Shown here: positions 1-8,716 of the stretch, one piece after another | Layout of the letters: every line of letters begins with the position of its first letter | How positions within the stretch are numbered: the first letter of the stretch is position 1 | Assembly (NCBI GenBank): GCA_965237675.1 | Contig: OZ250150.1 | Span: 5,408,001 to 5,472,000, forward strand | Direction of reading: 5' to 3' | DNA: 64,000 nucleotides | Origin: Candidatus Latescibacterota bacterium | GTDB lineage: Bacteria > Latescibacterota > UBA2968 > GCA-2709665 | The notes under the pieces: generated by a model | Told to the model about the DNA's origin: nothing | Seen by the model: only the letters and a program-made list of their open reading frames with translations | The model's database searches: none | Translations under genes and position numbers: made by a program

Positions 1-172
1 CCACGATATCACCGTGTACGATGTCGCCGCCCGTCCATTCACCGTCGGTATCCCGCCACGCACGCCACGCCTTTGGGCCGAAGTCGAAGGCACGGATCCG
101 ATGGTTGTTCTCCAAAGCGGCCAACGCCGCCCGTCCGAGCCAGCCGGCCGCGCCAAATACAACAATATTCAT
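1..172 (-). CDS. NAD(P)-dependent epimerase/dehydratase (extended SDR), 5' part; runs off the window
   Basis: Manual translation MNIVVFGAAGWLGRAAL...IVHGDIV has a Rossmann GxxGxxG motif; not in the ORF track because it is truncated. Confidence 0.75.
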   Translation of the reverse strand, partial: MNIVVFGAAGWLGRAALAALENNHRIRAFDFGPKAWRAWRDTDGEWTGGDIVHGDIV

Positions 173-202
173 CTTCCGGGTTCCTTATGCGAAGAACCGG
201 TG

Positions 203-1609
203 TCAGGATCTCTCTTTTGCCAGTTCGTACTTTCGGTAGAAATGGCGAAACTGATCGTAGCTCAGACTGAGCGAATCGGCCGCCTTGCGCTGGTTCCAGT
301 CTGCGCGGTTCAGCGCGCTCCTGAGTAGCCCGAGTTCAAAGCCCTTGACCTGGGCGTCGAAACCGTCTCCCGGTGGCGCCGGAGCCCCGCGGAAGATTTC
401 GGGCGGCAGATCGCGGGGTTCGATGGATGCGCCCGCGGCCATGCACGCGGCGCGTTCGACGGCGAATTTGAGCTCGCGCACGTTTCCGGGCCACGGGTAC
501 CTCAACAGGTGGCGGAGGGCGCTTTCCGAAAACGGACGGACCTCGAGTCCCGGCACCTCCCTGACGATCTGTTCAACAAAAAACACGGCAAGCGGCTGGA
601 TGTCTTCACGCCGTTCACGGAGGGGGGGAATGCGAATAATCTCAAAGCGGAGGCGGTCGTACAGATCCTGACGAAAGCGGCCTTCGCTGATTTCTCGTTC
701 AAGATCGGCATTCGTGGCGGCGATGATTCGGACGTCCACCAGGGTGGGCGTGGCGCCGCCCACGCGTTGAATTTCCTGGTACTCGATGGCGCGCAGGACG
801 TTCTGCTGAAATTCCGGTGTGGTGTTGCCGATTTCGTCCAACAATAGTGTACCGCCGTTGGCCGCTTCAAATCGGCCGGGACGGGCTTCCGTGGCTCCGG
901 TGAATGCGCCTTTTTCGTGGCCAAAGAGTTCACTTTCGAGCAGATTGGCGGAGAGGGCGGCGCAGTTGACTTTAACGAAGGGACGATCTCTCCGTACCCC
1001 GCCGTAATGGACCGCGGCGGCCACGAGTTCCTTCCCGGTGCCGGGTTCGCCGAAAACCAGTACCGGCCGCGGGATGGAGGCAATGCGCTCGGCCTGCCGC
1101 ATAATCCGCAGCATCCGGGGACTGGCGTTGACCGGCCTGTATTTCTTGCCGAATTCGTCCCGATAGAAACGATTCTCCCGGTCCAGATCCTTTACCTGGG
1201 CTTGCAGCCGGACATTCTCCCTGAGGACGGCGAGTACGCGGTCGAGTTTTTCCAGGCTGAGTTCAAGCCGGTCCTCAATATAGAAATCCTTTTCGATAAA
1301 GTCGGAGGCGCCCATGCGCAGGGCGGCAACGGCGTTTTCCACGGTACCCTTGCCCGTGAGGATGATAACCGGCAAATCGGGCGCAAGGTCGCGAATTTGC
1401 CGGAGGATTTTCAGACCGTCCGGCTCGGCCGGGCCAAAGTCGATATCCAGAATGGCCATGTCTACGTCCGAAACGTGCTCTCGCAGGTATGCAAAGGCCT
1501 TCCTTCCCGTCGGAAAGGCCCTCACGACCCGGCCATCCACCTGAAGGCTTCGCTTGAGCATATCGAGGATTTCGGGCTGGTCATCCGCGATGACGATTTG
1601 AGCTCTCAT
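203..1609 (-). CDS. Sigma-54-dependent activator: receiver domain + PspF-like AAA+ domain + HTH
   Basis: REC motifs IADD, ILDID, LTG and K; Walker A GEPGTGKE; GAFTGA; PspF-like [14 protein letters not shown] and [20 protein letters not shown]. Confidence 0.9.
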   Translation of the reverse strand: MRAQIVIADDQPEILDMLKRSLQVDGRVVRAFPTGRKAFAYLREHVSDVDMAILDIDFGPAEPDGLKILRQIRDLAPDLPVIILTGKGTVENAVAALRMGASDFIEKDFYIEDRLELSLEKLDRVLAVLRENVRLQAQVKDLDRENRFYRDEFGKKYRPVNASPRMLRIMRQAERIASIPRPVLVFGEPGTGKELVAAAVHYGGVRRDRPFVKVNCAALSANLLESELFGHEKGAFTGATEARPGRFEAANGGTLLLDEIGNTTPEFQQNVLRAIEYQEIQRVGGATPTLVDVRIIAATNADLEREISEGRFRQDLYDRLRFEIIRIPPLRERREDIQPLAVFFVEQIVREVPGLEVRPFSESALRHLLRYPWPGNVRELKFAVERAACMAAGASIEPRDLPPEIFRGAPAPPGDGFDAQVKGFELGLLRSALNRADWNQRKAADSLSLSYDQFRHFYRKYELAKERS

Positions 1610-1612
1610 GGA

Positions 1613-3241
1613 TTACTCGATGAATTCTTCGGCCAGGGGCAGCCGCAAGGCAGAAAGAGGATCGCCGCTCCAGCCGATGGTATCGGTTTCGGAGACGAGT
1701 TCGAAGTCCACCGGAAGGTCGATGCGGAACACGGCGCCGGCGCCCGGACGGCTGATCATGCGCAGGCTTCCCCTGTGGGCGGATACAATGCGTGAACAGA
1801 TGCTGAGGCCGAATCCATTGCCCTTTTCTTTGGTGGAAAACCCGGGATCGAAGATCCTGGCCTGAATCTCTTCGGATATGCCGGGTCCGTTGTCTTCCAC
1901 TTCGATAAATACCGACGCCCGCTTATTGTCATAGCCGGCCTGTACTGTAACCGCGCCATTCTCATCTACTGCGTCCAGGGCGTTGAGAATCAGGTTGGTG
2001 ACGGCTTCACGCAGCATGCCCGGATCGACCGTGACCTGGGGAACCTGCGGTTCAGAAGCGAAGCGAAGCGTTACGCCGCCGGTCTGCGTCGAGACGGTCT
2101 CTTTAATTTTGCCCACGAGTTGCGGAATATCCACAAGAGAGGGATTCAACGGATCCTGTTTCATGCTGCGCAGATAGGCGACCCACTGGTCGTAGATATG
2201 TTCCTGGTCGCGGGCGATGTCTCGGAGGTCGTCGAGATGGGTGTTTTCCCGGGGGGCGCTTCGAATGAGCCGGCGCGTACGGCTCCCGACCAGACCCATC
2301 AGGTTTTTGATCTGGTGACCCCGCGTATATAGGCTCTCTCCCACCTGCACGCGTCCCAGGTCGATGAGTTCAAGGGACAGGCGCGCCAGGACCGAGGCGG
2401 CCTGTCCGCCGAATTCTTCGATGATGGACGTATATTCCTGTTCCATCTGGGCCGAACTACTGTGGTCAAAAAGAAGATGTGCCAGGTTTCTGTAGGGCAG
2501 CGCGTAGTCCGGCTCGAGCTGAATGGCAATTTTGAATGCGCCCAGCGCCTGAAGGGTCTGACCGGTCTGCATGAGCAGAACGCCAAGGTTGTTGTGGCCC
2601 GGGGCGAACAGCGGATTTGCTTCCAATCCGCGGCGGTACACCCAGACGGCTTCATCGATGTTTTCCGGAAGGTCGTCCAGAAAGCTGGCAAGCAAGAAGC
2701 AGGTACCGTCGACATTGGTGAATGGCACGCCCCGGTCCACGGCCTGGAGAATATAGCGAAGCGCTTCAACCGCCTGTTGCCGACCTTTCGATCCCGTGCC
2801 CGCGCCTTCGGCCTGCAAGAGCGCCAACTGAAATCGCGCCTCCAGATGGTCGGGATTACGGACAGTGGCGGCTTCAAAAGCGTCTAAAGCTCCCTTGTCG
2901 CCCCCTTTCAACCGGCAGAGGCCTATCTTGAAATGCAAGTCCGCACCGTGATTCGCCGTAAGACAGAGGCAGCGCCTAAAGCCGGCTAGCGCGTCCCGCC
3001 AATTGCCCTGCCTGTAGTAGACAACACCCAGGTTGTGCCGCGCTCGAACACTCTCCGCATCGGCGGACAATGCCAACCGGTAGGCGGCCTCGGCCCTAGG
3101 CAGGTCGCCGGTTTCCATCGCGTTGTCGCCGTCGCGGCAAAGCCGCCGAGCCTCGGCATTTTCAGATTCCGGCAGCGTCTGTGCGATGCCGATACGGTCG
3201 GCCGGGGTCGACGCTTTGTCGGGTCTTTGAGGCGGGTTCAA
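1613..3241 (-). CDS. Soluble TPR-repeat sensor histidine kinase
   Basis: N-terminal TPRs (ARHNLGVVYY, GHNNLGVLL); H-box GHQIKN; N-box NLILNALDA; DNGPGI; FSTK; GFGL; no TM helix. Confidence 0.88.
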   Translation of the reverse strand: MNPPQRPDKASTPADRIGIAQTLPESENAEARRLCRDGDNAMETGDLPRAEAAYRLALSADAESVRARHNLGVVYYRQGNWRDALAGFRRCLCLTANHGADLHFKIGLCRLKGGDKGALDAFEAATVRNPDHLEARFQLALLQAEGAGTGSKGRQQAVEALRYILQAVDRGVPFTNVDGTCFLLASFLDDLPENIDEAVWVYRRGLEANPLFAPGHNNLGVLLMQTGQTLQALGAFKIAIQLEPDYALPYRNLAHLLFDHSSSAQMEQEYTSIIEEFGGQAASVLARLSLELIDLGRVQVGESLYTRGHQIKNLMGLVGSRTRRLIRSAPRENTHLDDLRDIARDQEHIYDQWVAYLRSMKQDPLNPSLVDIPQLVGKIKETVSTQTGGVTLRFASEPQVPQVTVDPGMLREAVTNLILNALDAVDENGAVTVQAGYDNKRASVFIEVEDNGPGISEEIQARIFDPGFSTKEKGNGFGLSICSRIVSAHRGSLRMISRPGAGAVFRIDLPVDFELVSETDTIGWSGDPLSALRLPLAEEFIE

Positions 3242-3266
3242 TCGGTGACTCCTGGATGAAGCGCGA

Positions 3267-4781
3267 CTATTCCGAAGGTGTCTCCGTTTTGTCTAACGTG
3301 TCGGCGGACGGATTGGTCTCGCCTGTCATTCTGCCCAGAAACTCCGGCAGTTCCAGACCTGCCAATTTGGCCAATTCGTGCATAGGTGGAATGGCCCCCA
3401 TCAGGCGCTGGCCGAGATTGGACATCCCGCCCTGTCCATTACCAGCGTCCCAGACCACGATCTTCTCCAGGGGCAGATTCCGGATGGCTTCAGCCTGGAT
3501 ACCTGCGACCTCCGTCAGGCGCTCCACGATGAGGAAGGCGGCGGCGGCCTGGTCCTTTCCTCCGCATGCGGCCACCAACTCCCTGTAGCCTTCGGCCTTG
3601 GCATCCAGAATGGCTTGAGTGCCCTCGGCTTCGGCTCGCCTATGCGCCAGTATGGCGGCGGCTTCCCCTTGGGCCACAAGTGTCTTCTGCGCTTTCTCGG
3701 CTTCGGCCTGTATAACGAGTTTCTGTTTCTGCGCATCGGCCTGAACGACGATTTCGGCTTTCAGGCGAGCCTCTTCGCGCATGGCACGTGCTTCCTCGGC
3801 CTCTTTTTCAGCCCTTTCCTGGGCGACCCGGATGGCGCCGTCAGCGGCCTTCGCTGCCTCCTGCCCCTTTTGCCGGGCAATCTCCTCCGCCACGGTCTGC
3901 TGGGCCATATAGCCGGCTTTCTTGGATTCGGCCCCCGCCTCTGCCTGGACGGCTTCGGCATCCAGCGAGGAAACCTGCTGGCGCTTGTTCCGGGTGGCCT
4001 CGGCCTCGCCGATTTCGGCTTCGGATTCGAGAGCGGCAACCCTTTGGCGCCGGTCCCTGGCGGCTCCGGCCTCGCCGATTTCGGCGGCCGCGTTCGCAGC
4101 AGCCACGTCCGTGCGCTGGTCCCGTTCCCGTTCGGCCACCCCCACCTTGCCCGTTTTCTCCTGCTCGGCCACGTCGATGGTCGCCTGGTTGATGGCTTCG
4201 GCCGCAGCCTTTTGCCCGAGAGCCTTGATATAACCGCTTTCGTCTTCAATATCCTTGATGTTCACGTTAATCACGGCCAGGCCGATTTTCTCCATTTCGG
4301 TGGAGACTGCTTCATTAACCTTGAACATAAAAGCCTGCCGGTCCCGGTTGATTTCTTCGATTTCCATAGTGGCTATCACCGCCCGCATCTGACCGAGGAT
4401 GATGTCCTGCGCCTGGCTCTCGATCTGTTCGCGTGAAAGACCCAGGAGACGAACTGCCGCATTTTGCATCACGCCCGCCTGATTTGAGACCGCCGCGGTG
4501 ACGGTTGTCGGAACGGACACACGGATGTTCTCCTGGGAAAGGGCGTTGTCCAGGTCTATGGGAACGACAAACGGCTCCAGGTCCAGATACTCATAGTCCT
4601 GAAGGAGCGGAAGAACGAAGGCAGCGCCCCCGTGAATGCATTTCGCCGCCCCCTGTCCGGTCTTGCCGTAGACGACCAGTATTTTGTTGGATGGACACCG
4701 CCTGTACCTGGAAATAAACGTCACGAAGAGCAGAAATACGACTAACAGCATTACAATTGTCAGTATCGTCTCAGTTGCCAT
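3267..4781 (-). CDS. Flotillin / SPFH domain protein (FloT/YqiK-like)
   Basis: N-terminal TM helix, SPFH domain (LPLLQDYEYLDL, GQMRAVIATM), long AEA-rich coiled coil. Confidence 0.92.
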   Translation of the reverse strand: MATETILTIVMLLVVFLLFVTFISRYRRCPSNKILVVYGKTGQGAAKCIHGGAAFVLPLLQDYEYLDLEPFVVPIDLDNALSQENIRVSVPTTVTAAVSNQAGVMQNAAVRLLGLSREQIESQAQDIILGQMRAVIATMEIEEINRDRQAFMFKVNEAVSTEMEKIGLAVINVNIKDIEDESGYIKALGQKAAAEAINQATIDVAEQEKTGKVGVAERERDQRTDVAAANAAAEIGEAGAARDRRQRVAALESEAEIGEAEATRNKRQQVSSLDAEAVQAEAGAESKKAGYMAQQTVAEEIARQKGQEAAKAADGAIRVAQERAEKEAEEARAMREEARLKAEIVVQADAQKQKLVIQAEAEKAQKTLVAQGEAAAILAHRRAEAEGTQAILDAKAEGYRELVAACGGKDQAAAAFLIVERLTEVAGIQAEAIRNLPLEKIVVWDAGNGQGGMSNLGQRLMGAIPPMHELAKLAGLELPEFLGRMTGETNPSADTLDKTETPSE

Positions 4782-4934
4782 TGCAATCCCTCCTCAATTG
4801 GATATTACACCTTTGATTGAGATTCCATCCCGGAGCGAGTCCCGTGCGGGTTGAAATCCCTTCCTGTCTCATTCATCGGCACAATCAGACAATCAGGAAA
4901 TACAGGAAACATAGACATTTAAAACAAAATCCAC

Positions 4935-5543
4935 TCAGGACACCAACGGCACGGCCTCAAGCGTGGTTGGATCGAGCACACGTAGAATGCGGACCGGCGT
5001 ATTGGTCGAGATGGGCATGCCATTTTTTCCGCGGGCAGATACGTAGGCGACCGCGCCGCTCTCCATCACCCGGACTTGTCCGGTGCCGCCTTCCGGGATA
5101 TCCAGATATACCTCGCCCGACGTTCCTACGCATGTGTCCAGGCTGGCGTTTCCAGTCTCGCTAAGCTGCCGGATTCCCTGGAAAAAATAGGCCACGACCG
5201 CCATGCCTGCGCTGCCCCAGACAAGCGCGTAAAGTAGGGCGGTCTGAATATCCAACCCTCTCTCGAGATACAGGGCGCCCGCCCACCCGAACAGCGTGCC
5301 AAAGGCGATCAGTGACCTGACGGATAGCAGTTTGAATGAAGCAACCGGACCGTTTTCCAGTCCGTCGTTAAGTTCCGGGCCGGCGTCGCCGAGGTTTGTA
5401 TCTCCAGAAACGCCTGCATCCGAACCGTCTCCAAGACCAAGTAGAACCACCAGGAGTTGCCAGACGAAAAACGCACTGAAAAAAATTGCCACGATGTAGA
5501 AAATCTGGTTGAGCGTGGTCAGATCCGTCCACCAGGCATCCAT
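4935..5543 (-). CDS. NfeD-like (YqiJ/YuaF-type) membrane protein, flotillin partner
   Basis: 3 TM segments plus C-terminal OB-fold motif (VGTSGEVYLDIPEGGTGQVRV); directly upstream of flotillin; start placed after a GGAG SD. Confidence 0.85.
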   Translation of the reverse strand: MDAWWTDLTTLNQIFYIVAIFFSAFFVWQLLVVLLGLGDGSDAGVSGDTNLGDAGPELNDGLENGPVASFKLLSVRSLIAFGTLFGWAGALYLERGLDIQTALLYALVWGSAGMAVVAYFFQGIRQLSETGNASLDTCVGTSGEVYLDIPEGGTGQVRVMESGAVAYVSARGKNGMPISTNTPVRILRVLDPTTLEAVPLVS

Positions 5544-5816
5544 ATCTGGCTCCATTCTGCGGGTCTGTTTGATTTTGCACGTACCACACGGCAAGTGGGA
5601 AAAAGGCAGGCCATGCCTGGCATGCGCGCCGCGCTGCGAAATGTGATATAGAATATTCTCTGCGTCAACACAAAATCGCGATGGCTTTCGCCAATGATGG
5701 TGGGCGCCGGGTCGTTCCTTGCCTGCGAAATCCCCCGCAAGTCCGGCGCGAGTTCAAGCGCCGATCCCCGTCCCGGCCCTGAAATCTGCGCGTCGGGGAC
5801 GCCGCGGCACCCGGTC

Positions 5817-6392
5817 TCAGAAGGGGACCAACCCCCGTTTTCTGAATTCGCCCTTCAATTGGTATCTTCCGCGGTTGAGCCAGGTCTTGACCGTACCCAT
5901 CGGAAGCTGCAACTCCCGGGTAATCTCCTCGTATGTCCAGTCCCGGACGTAACGCATCCAGACGACTTTTCGATATCTGGCCGGCAATGCGCGAATACTC
6001 TTCCTGACGAGTTCGCGGTGCTGGTTTCGCTGGACGGATATTTCCGGATTTTCACCCGGTGCGGGCAGGCGTGTGGAATCGGCAAGGGCCGCGGGATCCT
6101 CCGTTTCCTGAATCCATTTCCGTCGTACCTGCTGTTTGCGAAAATGAGATCTATGAACGTTAAGCGCAATTTGGGTAAGCCACGTGGTAAAGGCGGCCTC
6201 TCCGCGGTAGGAGCCCAGGGCCATATACGCCCGCAAAAAGGCGGTTTGCACAAGGTCCTGCGCGGTCTCCGGATCGCTTGTCCTTCGCACCATCGTCGCG
6301 TAGATCTGTTCATGGCAGGCCTTGTAGAGAACGCCGAAGGCAGCCGCGTCGCCTTCGATTGCCTTCCGGACCAGATGCCGTTCGTTTTCCAT
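5817..6392 (-). CDS. ECF-type RNA polymerase sigma factor (SigW/RpoE-like)
   Basis: Region 2 (AQDLVQTAFLRAY...FTTWLTQIALN) and region 4 (LPARYR...YEEI...GTVKTWLNRGR); GGAGAGG SD. Confidence 0.92.
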   Translation of the reverse strand: MENERHLVRKAIEGDAAAFGVLYKACHEQIYATMVRRTSDPETAQDLVQTAFLRAYMALGSYRGEAAFTTWLTQIALNVHRSHFRKQQVRRKWIQETEDPAALADSTRLPAPGENPEISVQRNQHRELVRKSIRALPARYRKVVWMRYVRDWTYEEITRELQLPMGTVKTWLNRGRYQLKGEFRKRGLVPF

Positions 6393-6423
6393 TAACGGGA
6401 TATCCTCTCCAAAGGATGGTCGA

Positions 6424-6600
6424 TTACCTGGAGTCACTCGCAAGCAGCCGATAGCCCACGTAAATCAGGACGACCGAAACCAGCAGTTTCAGGAGTAAAA
6501 ACAGGACTTCCAGGGACACGCCGATCAACTTGATCGCTTCGAAAATACCGAAGTATGCGCCGATGGCAATGAGTATGATACCAAGGATCTTCGCGAGCAT
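6424..6600 (-). CDS. Small two-TM membrane protein (PspG/LiaI-like by architecture)
   Basis: 58 aa hydrophobic MLAKILGIILIAIG...; AAGGA SD; lies within the pspA cluster. Confidence 0.6.
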   Translation of the reverse strand: MLAKILGIILIAIGAYFGIFEAIKLIGVSLEVLFLLLKLLVSVVLIYVGYRLLASDSR

Positions 6601-6787
6601 GGGTCTGTCCTTTCTATCTTCCAGGTGTTGTATTCGATGAAGGTCCCTGTCCGGATTCGAACGTGAGATTCGAGAGAGACCCAGAGACCTCATTAACGCT
6701 GGATTGCGCCGGCGTTAGCCGGTCCCAATGCTGATCAGCCTGCGACTTTGTTTCCCTTCAACCGGTTCAGCCTGTCGTCAATGGATA

Positions 6788-7003
6788 TCACGACGCCCCT
6801 ACCGTGCCCTGGCGATTCAGCTTTTCGTCGATGGCGATCATGACTTCCTGAATATCCGTGAGACGCCGGTCGAGGTCGTCCAGTCGTGCGTTCAGACGCT
6901 CTTCGGCTTTGCCGGGAACGGATCCCTTTGTCCGCCGATCTACAGATTTCAGGACCGCCCATGCCAGGATAATGAGTGCGATTGTAATACCGACTTCAAA
7001 CAT
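6788..7003 (-). CDS. Small single-TM coiled-coil protein (PspB-like architecture)
   Basis: N-terminal TM then heptad coil RLDDLDRRLTDIQEVMIAIDEKL; GGGAGGG SD. Confidence 0.65.
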   Translation of the reverse strand: MFEVGITIALIILAWAVLKSVDRRTKGSVPGKAEERLNARLDDLDRRLTDIQEVMIAIDEKLNRQGTVGAS

Positions 7004-7029
7004 GACATCCCTCCCGCAAGTCTCAAGAA

Positions 7030-7671
7030 TCAGAGTTCATCCACCGGCTTGGCCCGGTACTTTTCGTCATAGCGTTCAATTTCAGGAAAGTGATAGACGA
7101 CAAGGCCGGATTCGGAAACGCGCACTTCGGCACTGCCGGCGGCGGCCAATGCGCCCAGGATCTCGTCCGCTTTTTCGACCGTCATTCTGCCGTCGGCAGC
7201 GGCCTCCAGAACCGTGAGGCTTCCGCCCTTTTCGCGTGCGAGTCGCAGCAGACGATGTTGATATTGCGCGTACCGCTTACGTTCCGCCGATTGGTGGACC
7301 ATGCGTCCGGCCAGCCAGAAGACCAGCGCGGTGGCAACAAGGGCAAGGCCGATGCTGAAACGGAGCGGGTTCAGGCTGAAGCCGGACGGTTGGAAACCGG
7401 AAAAAACGGGGGCGATCAGGCCGGCGAATCCCCAGAAAATTGCTGTCGCTTTCAGAAAGTATGCGAGGGCGTATCGCATGGCGCAACTCCCGTCAGTGGC
7501 CAGATCGGAGATTCGGATTGGCGTGCGGCGCGGTCGCGTGTCCGGAATCGTGTACGGTCGTTGCCAGGTGGATCGAGCTGGCCGGACAACGCGCCAGGCC
7601 GCTTTTGTGTCACGCAGGGCTTTCTCACATTCGTACGCGACGACGTCCAGGATTTTTCGGAATTCACGCAT
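7030..7671 (-). CDS. Two-TM membrane protein with C-terminal winged-helix-like domain
   Basis: Two TM helices then LLRLAREKGGSLTVLEAA...ADEILGAL...VRVSESGLVVYHFPE; start overlaps the pspA stop (alternative start near 7479). Confidence 0.7.
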   Translation of the reverse strand: MREFRKILDVVAYECEKALRDTKAAWRVVRPARSTWQRPYTIPDTRPRRTPIRISDLATDGSCAMRYALAYFLKATAIFWGFAGLIAPVFSGFQPSGFSLNPLRFSIGLALVATALVFWLAGRMVHQSAERKRYAQYQHRLLRLAREKGGSLTVLEAAADGRMTVEKADEILGALAAAGSAEVRVSESGLVVYHFPEIERYDEKYRAKPVDEL

Positions 7672-8341
7672 CGGATTTTCGTAGTTTGTTCTTCAGAGCC
7701 TCAAGTTCCTCTTCCACGGAGTTCCGGCGTTCCAGCTTTTGGAACGAGTCTTCGAGCGAGGGGTCCTCACCTGCTATTTCAGCGTGGGCGTGGGCCTCCG
7801 CTTCTTCGTTTTCTACCCTGCTGCGAAAGCGTTCGAAGCTGGAAAACGCGTCATCGCCGATGCCCGACAGGCCCTGGGCGATCTGCTTTCGCGCCTGGGC
7901 GGCCCGGCGCCGCGCGATGAGGGCGCCCTGGCTTGTGCGTGCTTCATCCAGTTTGGATTTGAGCTGCATCAGCTGTTTCTTGAGTTGGTCGGAGGTCTTG
8001 TGGCTTTCGTCGAAGGCGACTTCCAGGTCCCGGGCGGCTTTCTCGAGGGCGGCCTTTCGTTCCAGCGCGCGCCGGGCGAGGTCGTCTTCCCCGGTTTCCA
8101 CGGCCAGTTCGGCCTTTTTCTGCCAGGCCGCGATCTGGCCCGTCTTTTCCAGAAACTGACGTTCCAGGCGTTTTTCGTTGGCAACGGCGGTCCCGACGGA
8201 TGCAGTCGCTTTGTTGACGGCCTCTTCCATTTCGAGAATCATCTGCCGGATCATCTTTTCCGGATCTTCGGCGCGATTTAACAGATCGTTGATGTTGGCC
8301 TTGATAATGTCCGCCATTCTGGAAAAAATCCCTTTGGCCAT
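7664..8341 (-). CDS. pspA: Phage shock protein A (PspA/IM30, ESCRT-III superfamily)
   Basis: MAKGIFSRMADIIKANINDLLNRAEDPEKMIRQMILEME, EDDLARRALERK, C-terminal VEEELEALK; GAGGAG SD. Confidence 0.96.
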   Translation of the reverse strand: MAKGIFSRMADIIKANINDLLNRAEDPEKMIRQMILEMEEAVNKATASVGTAVANEKRLERQFLEKTGQIAAWQKKAELAVETGEDDLARRALERKAALEKAARDLEVAFDESHKTSDQLKKQLMQLKSKLDEARTSQGALIARRRAAQARKQIAQGLSGIGDDAFSSFERFRSRVENEEAEAHAHAEIAGEDPSLEDSFQKLERRNSVEEELEALKNKLRKSDA

Positions 8342-8431
8342 GGTCGTGCTCCTCGTTACGGTGGGCATCTGAATCCAGCAGGGTGGAAAATTCCTTTTTC
8401 GTTTCTTATCCACGGTTCTGCCGATTTTAGA

Positions 8432-8449
8432 ACGCAAGGACCGTACCGG
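8432..8449 (-). promoter_or_regulatory. Sigma-54 -24/-12 promoter of pspA
   Basis: Minus strand CCGGTACGGTCCTTGCGT = GG-N10-GC with TTGC, about 90 bp upstream of the pspA ATG. Confidence 0.75.
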
Positions 8450-8462
8450 TATGACAAGAAAA

Positions 8463-8475
8463 AATCACGTTGTTA
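8463..8475. promoter_or_regulatory. IHF-like binding site
   Basis: AATCACGTTGTTA vs consensus WATCAANNNNTTR (1 mismatch), with an A-tract on its 5' side, between the promoter and the UAS. Confidence 0.5.
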
Positions 8476-8535
8476 ATAAGTGTCGGTATTTACTCATTTT
8501 ATCCTGACCACAGATACGGGGTTGTCAATGGCTAT

Positions 8536-8571
8536 TGGTGAAAAACGCCATACGCAAGGCGAAAACAACCG
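8536..8571. promoter_or_regulatory. Putative PspF-type upstream activating sequences (tandem)
   Basis: TGGTG-AAAAA-CGCCA (8536-8550) and degenerate AGGCG-AAAAC-AACCG (8557-8571), 21 bp apart. Confidence 0.5.
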
Positions 8572-8716
8572 GATTGGGCAGGCGTTGTTCACGGGTTTCG
8601 GGACGGAGCCGACTTGTTTTTTTTGGACAAATGGCGTAATATCTGATGTGCTCTCTAAGGAGGGCATGACAGGTGTGTTCGCCGGTTTATTCGAGCTTCC
8701 GTTCAGAACGGCAACT

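Noticed and set aside
3960-4100. Imperfect 66-bp tandem repeat within flotillin
   Set aside because: Ordinary 22-aa coiled-coil repeat (AEIGEA) typical of flotillin tails
5560-5720. Second sigma-54 promoter upstream of nfeD
   Set aside because: No GG-N10-GC with correct spacing found; only a weak sigma-70-like TTGACG
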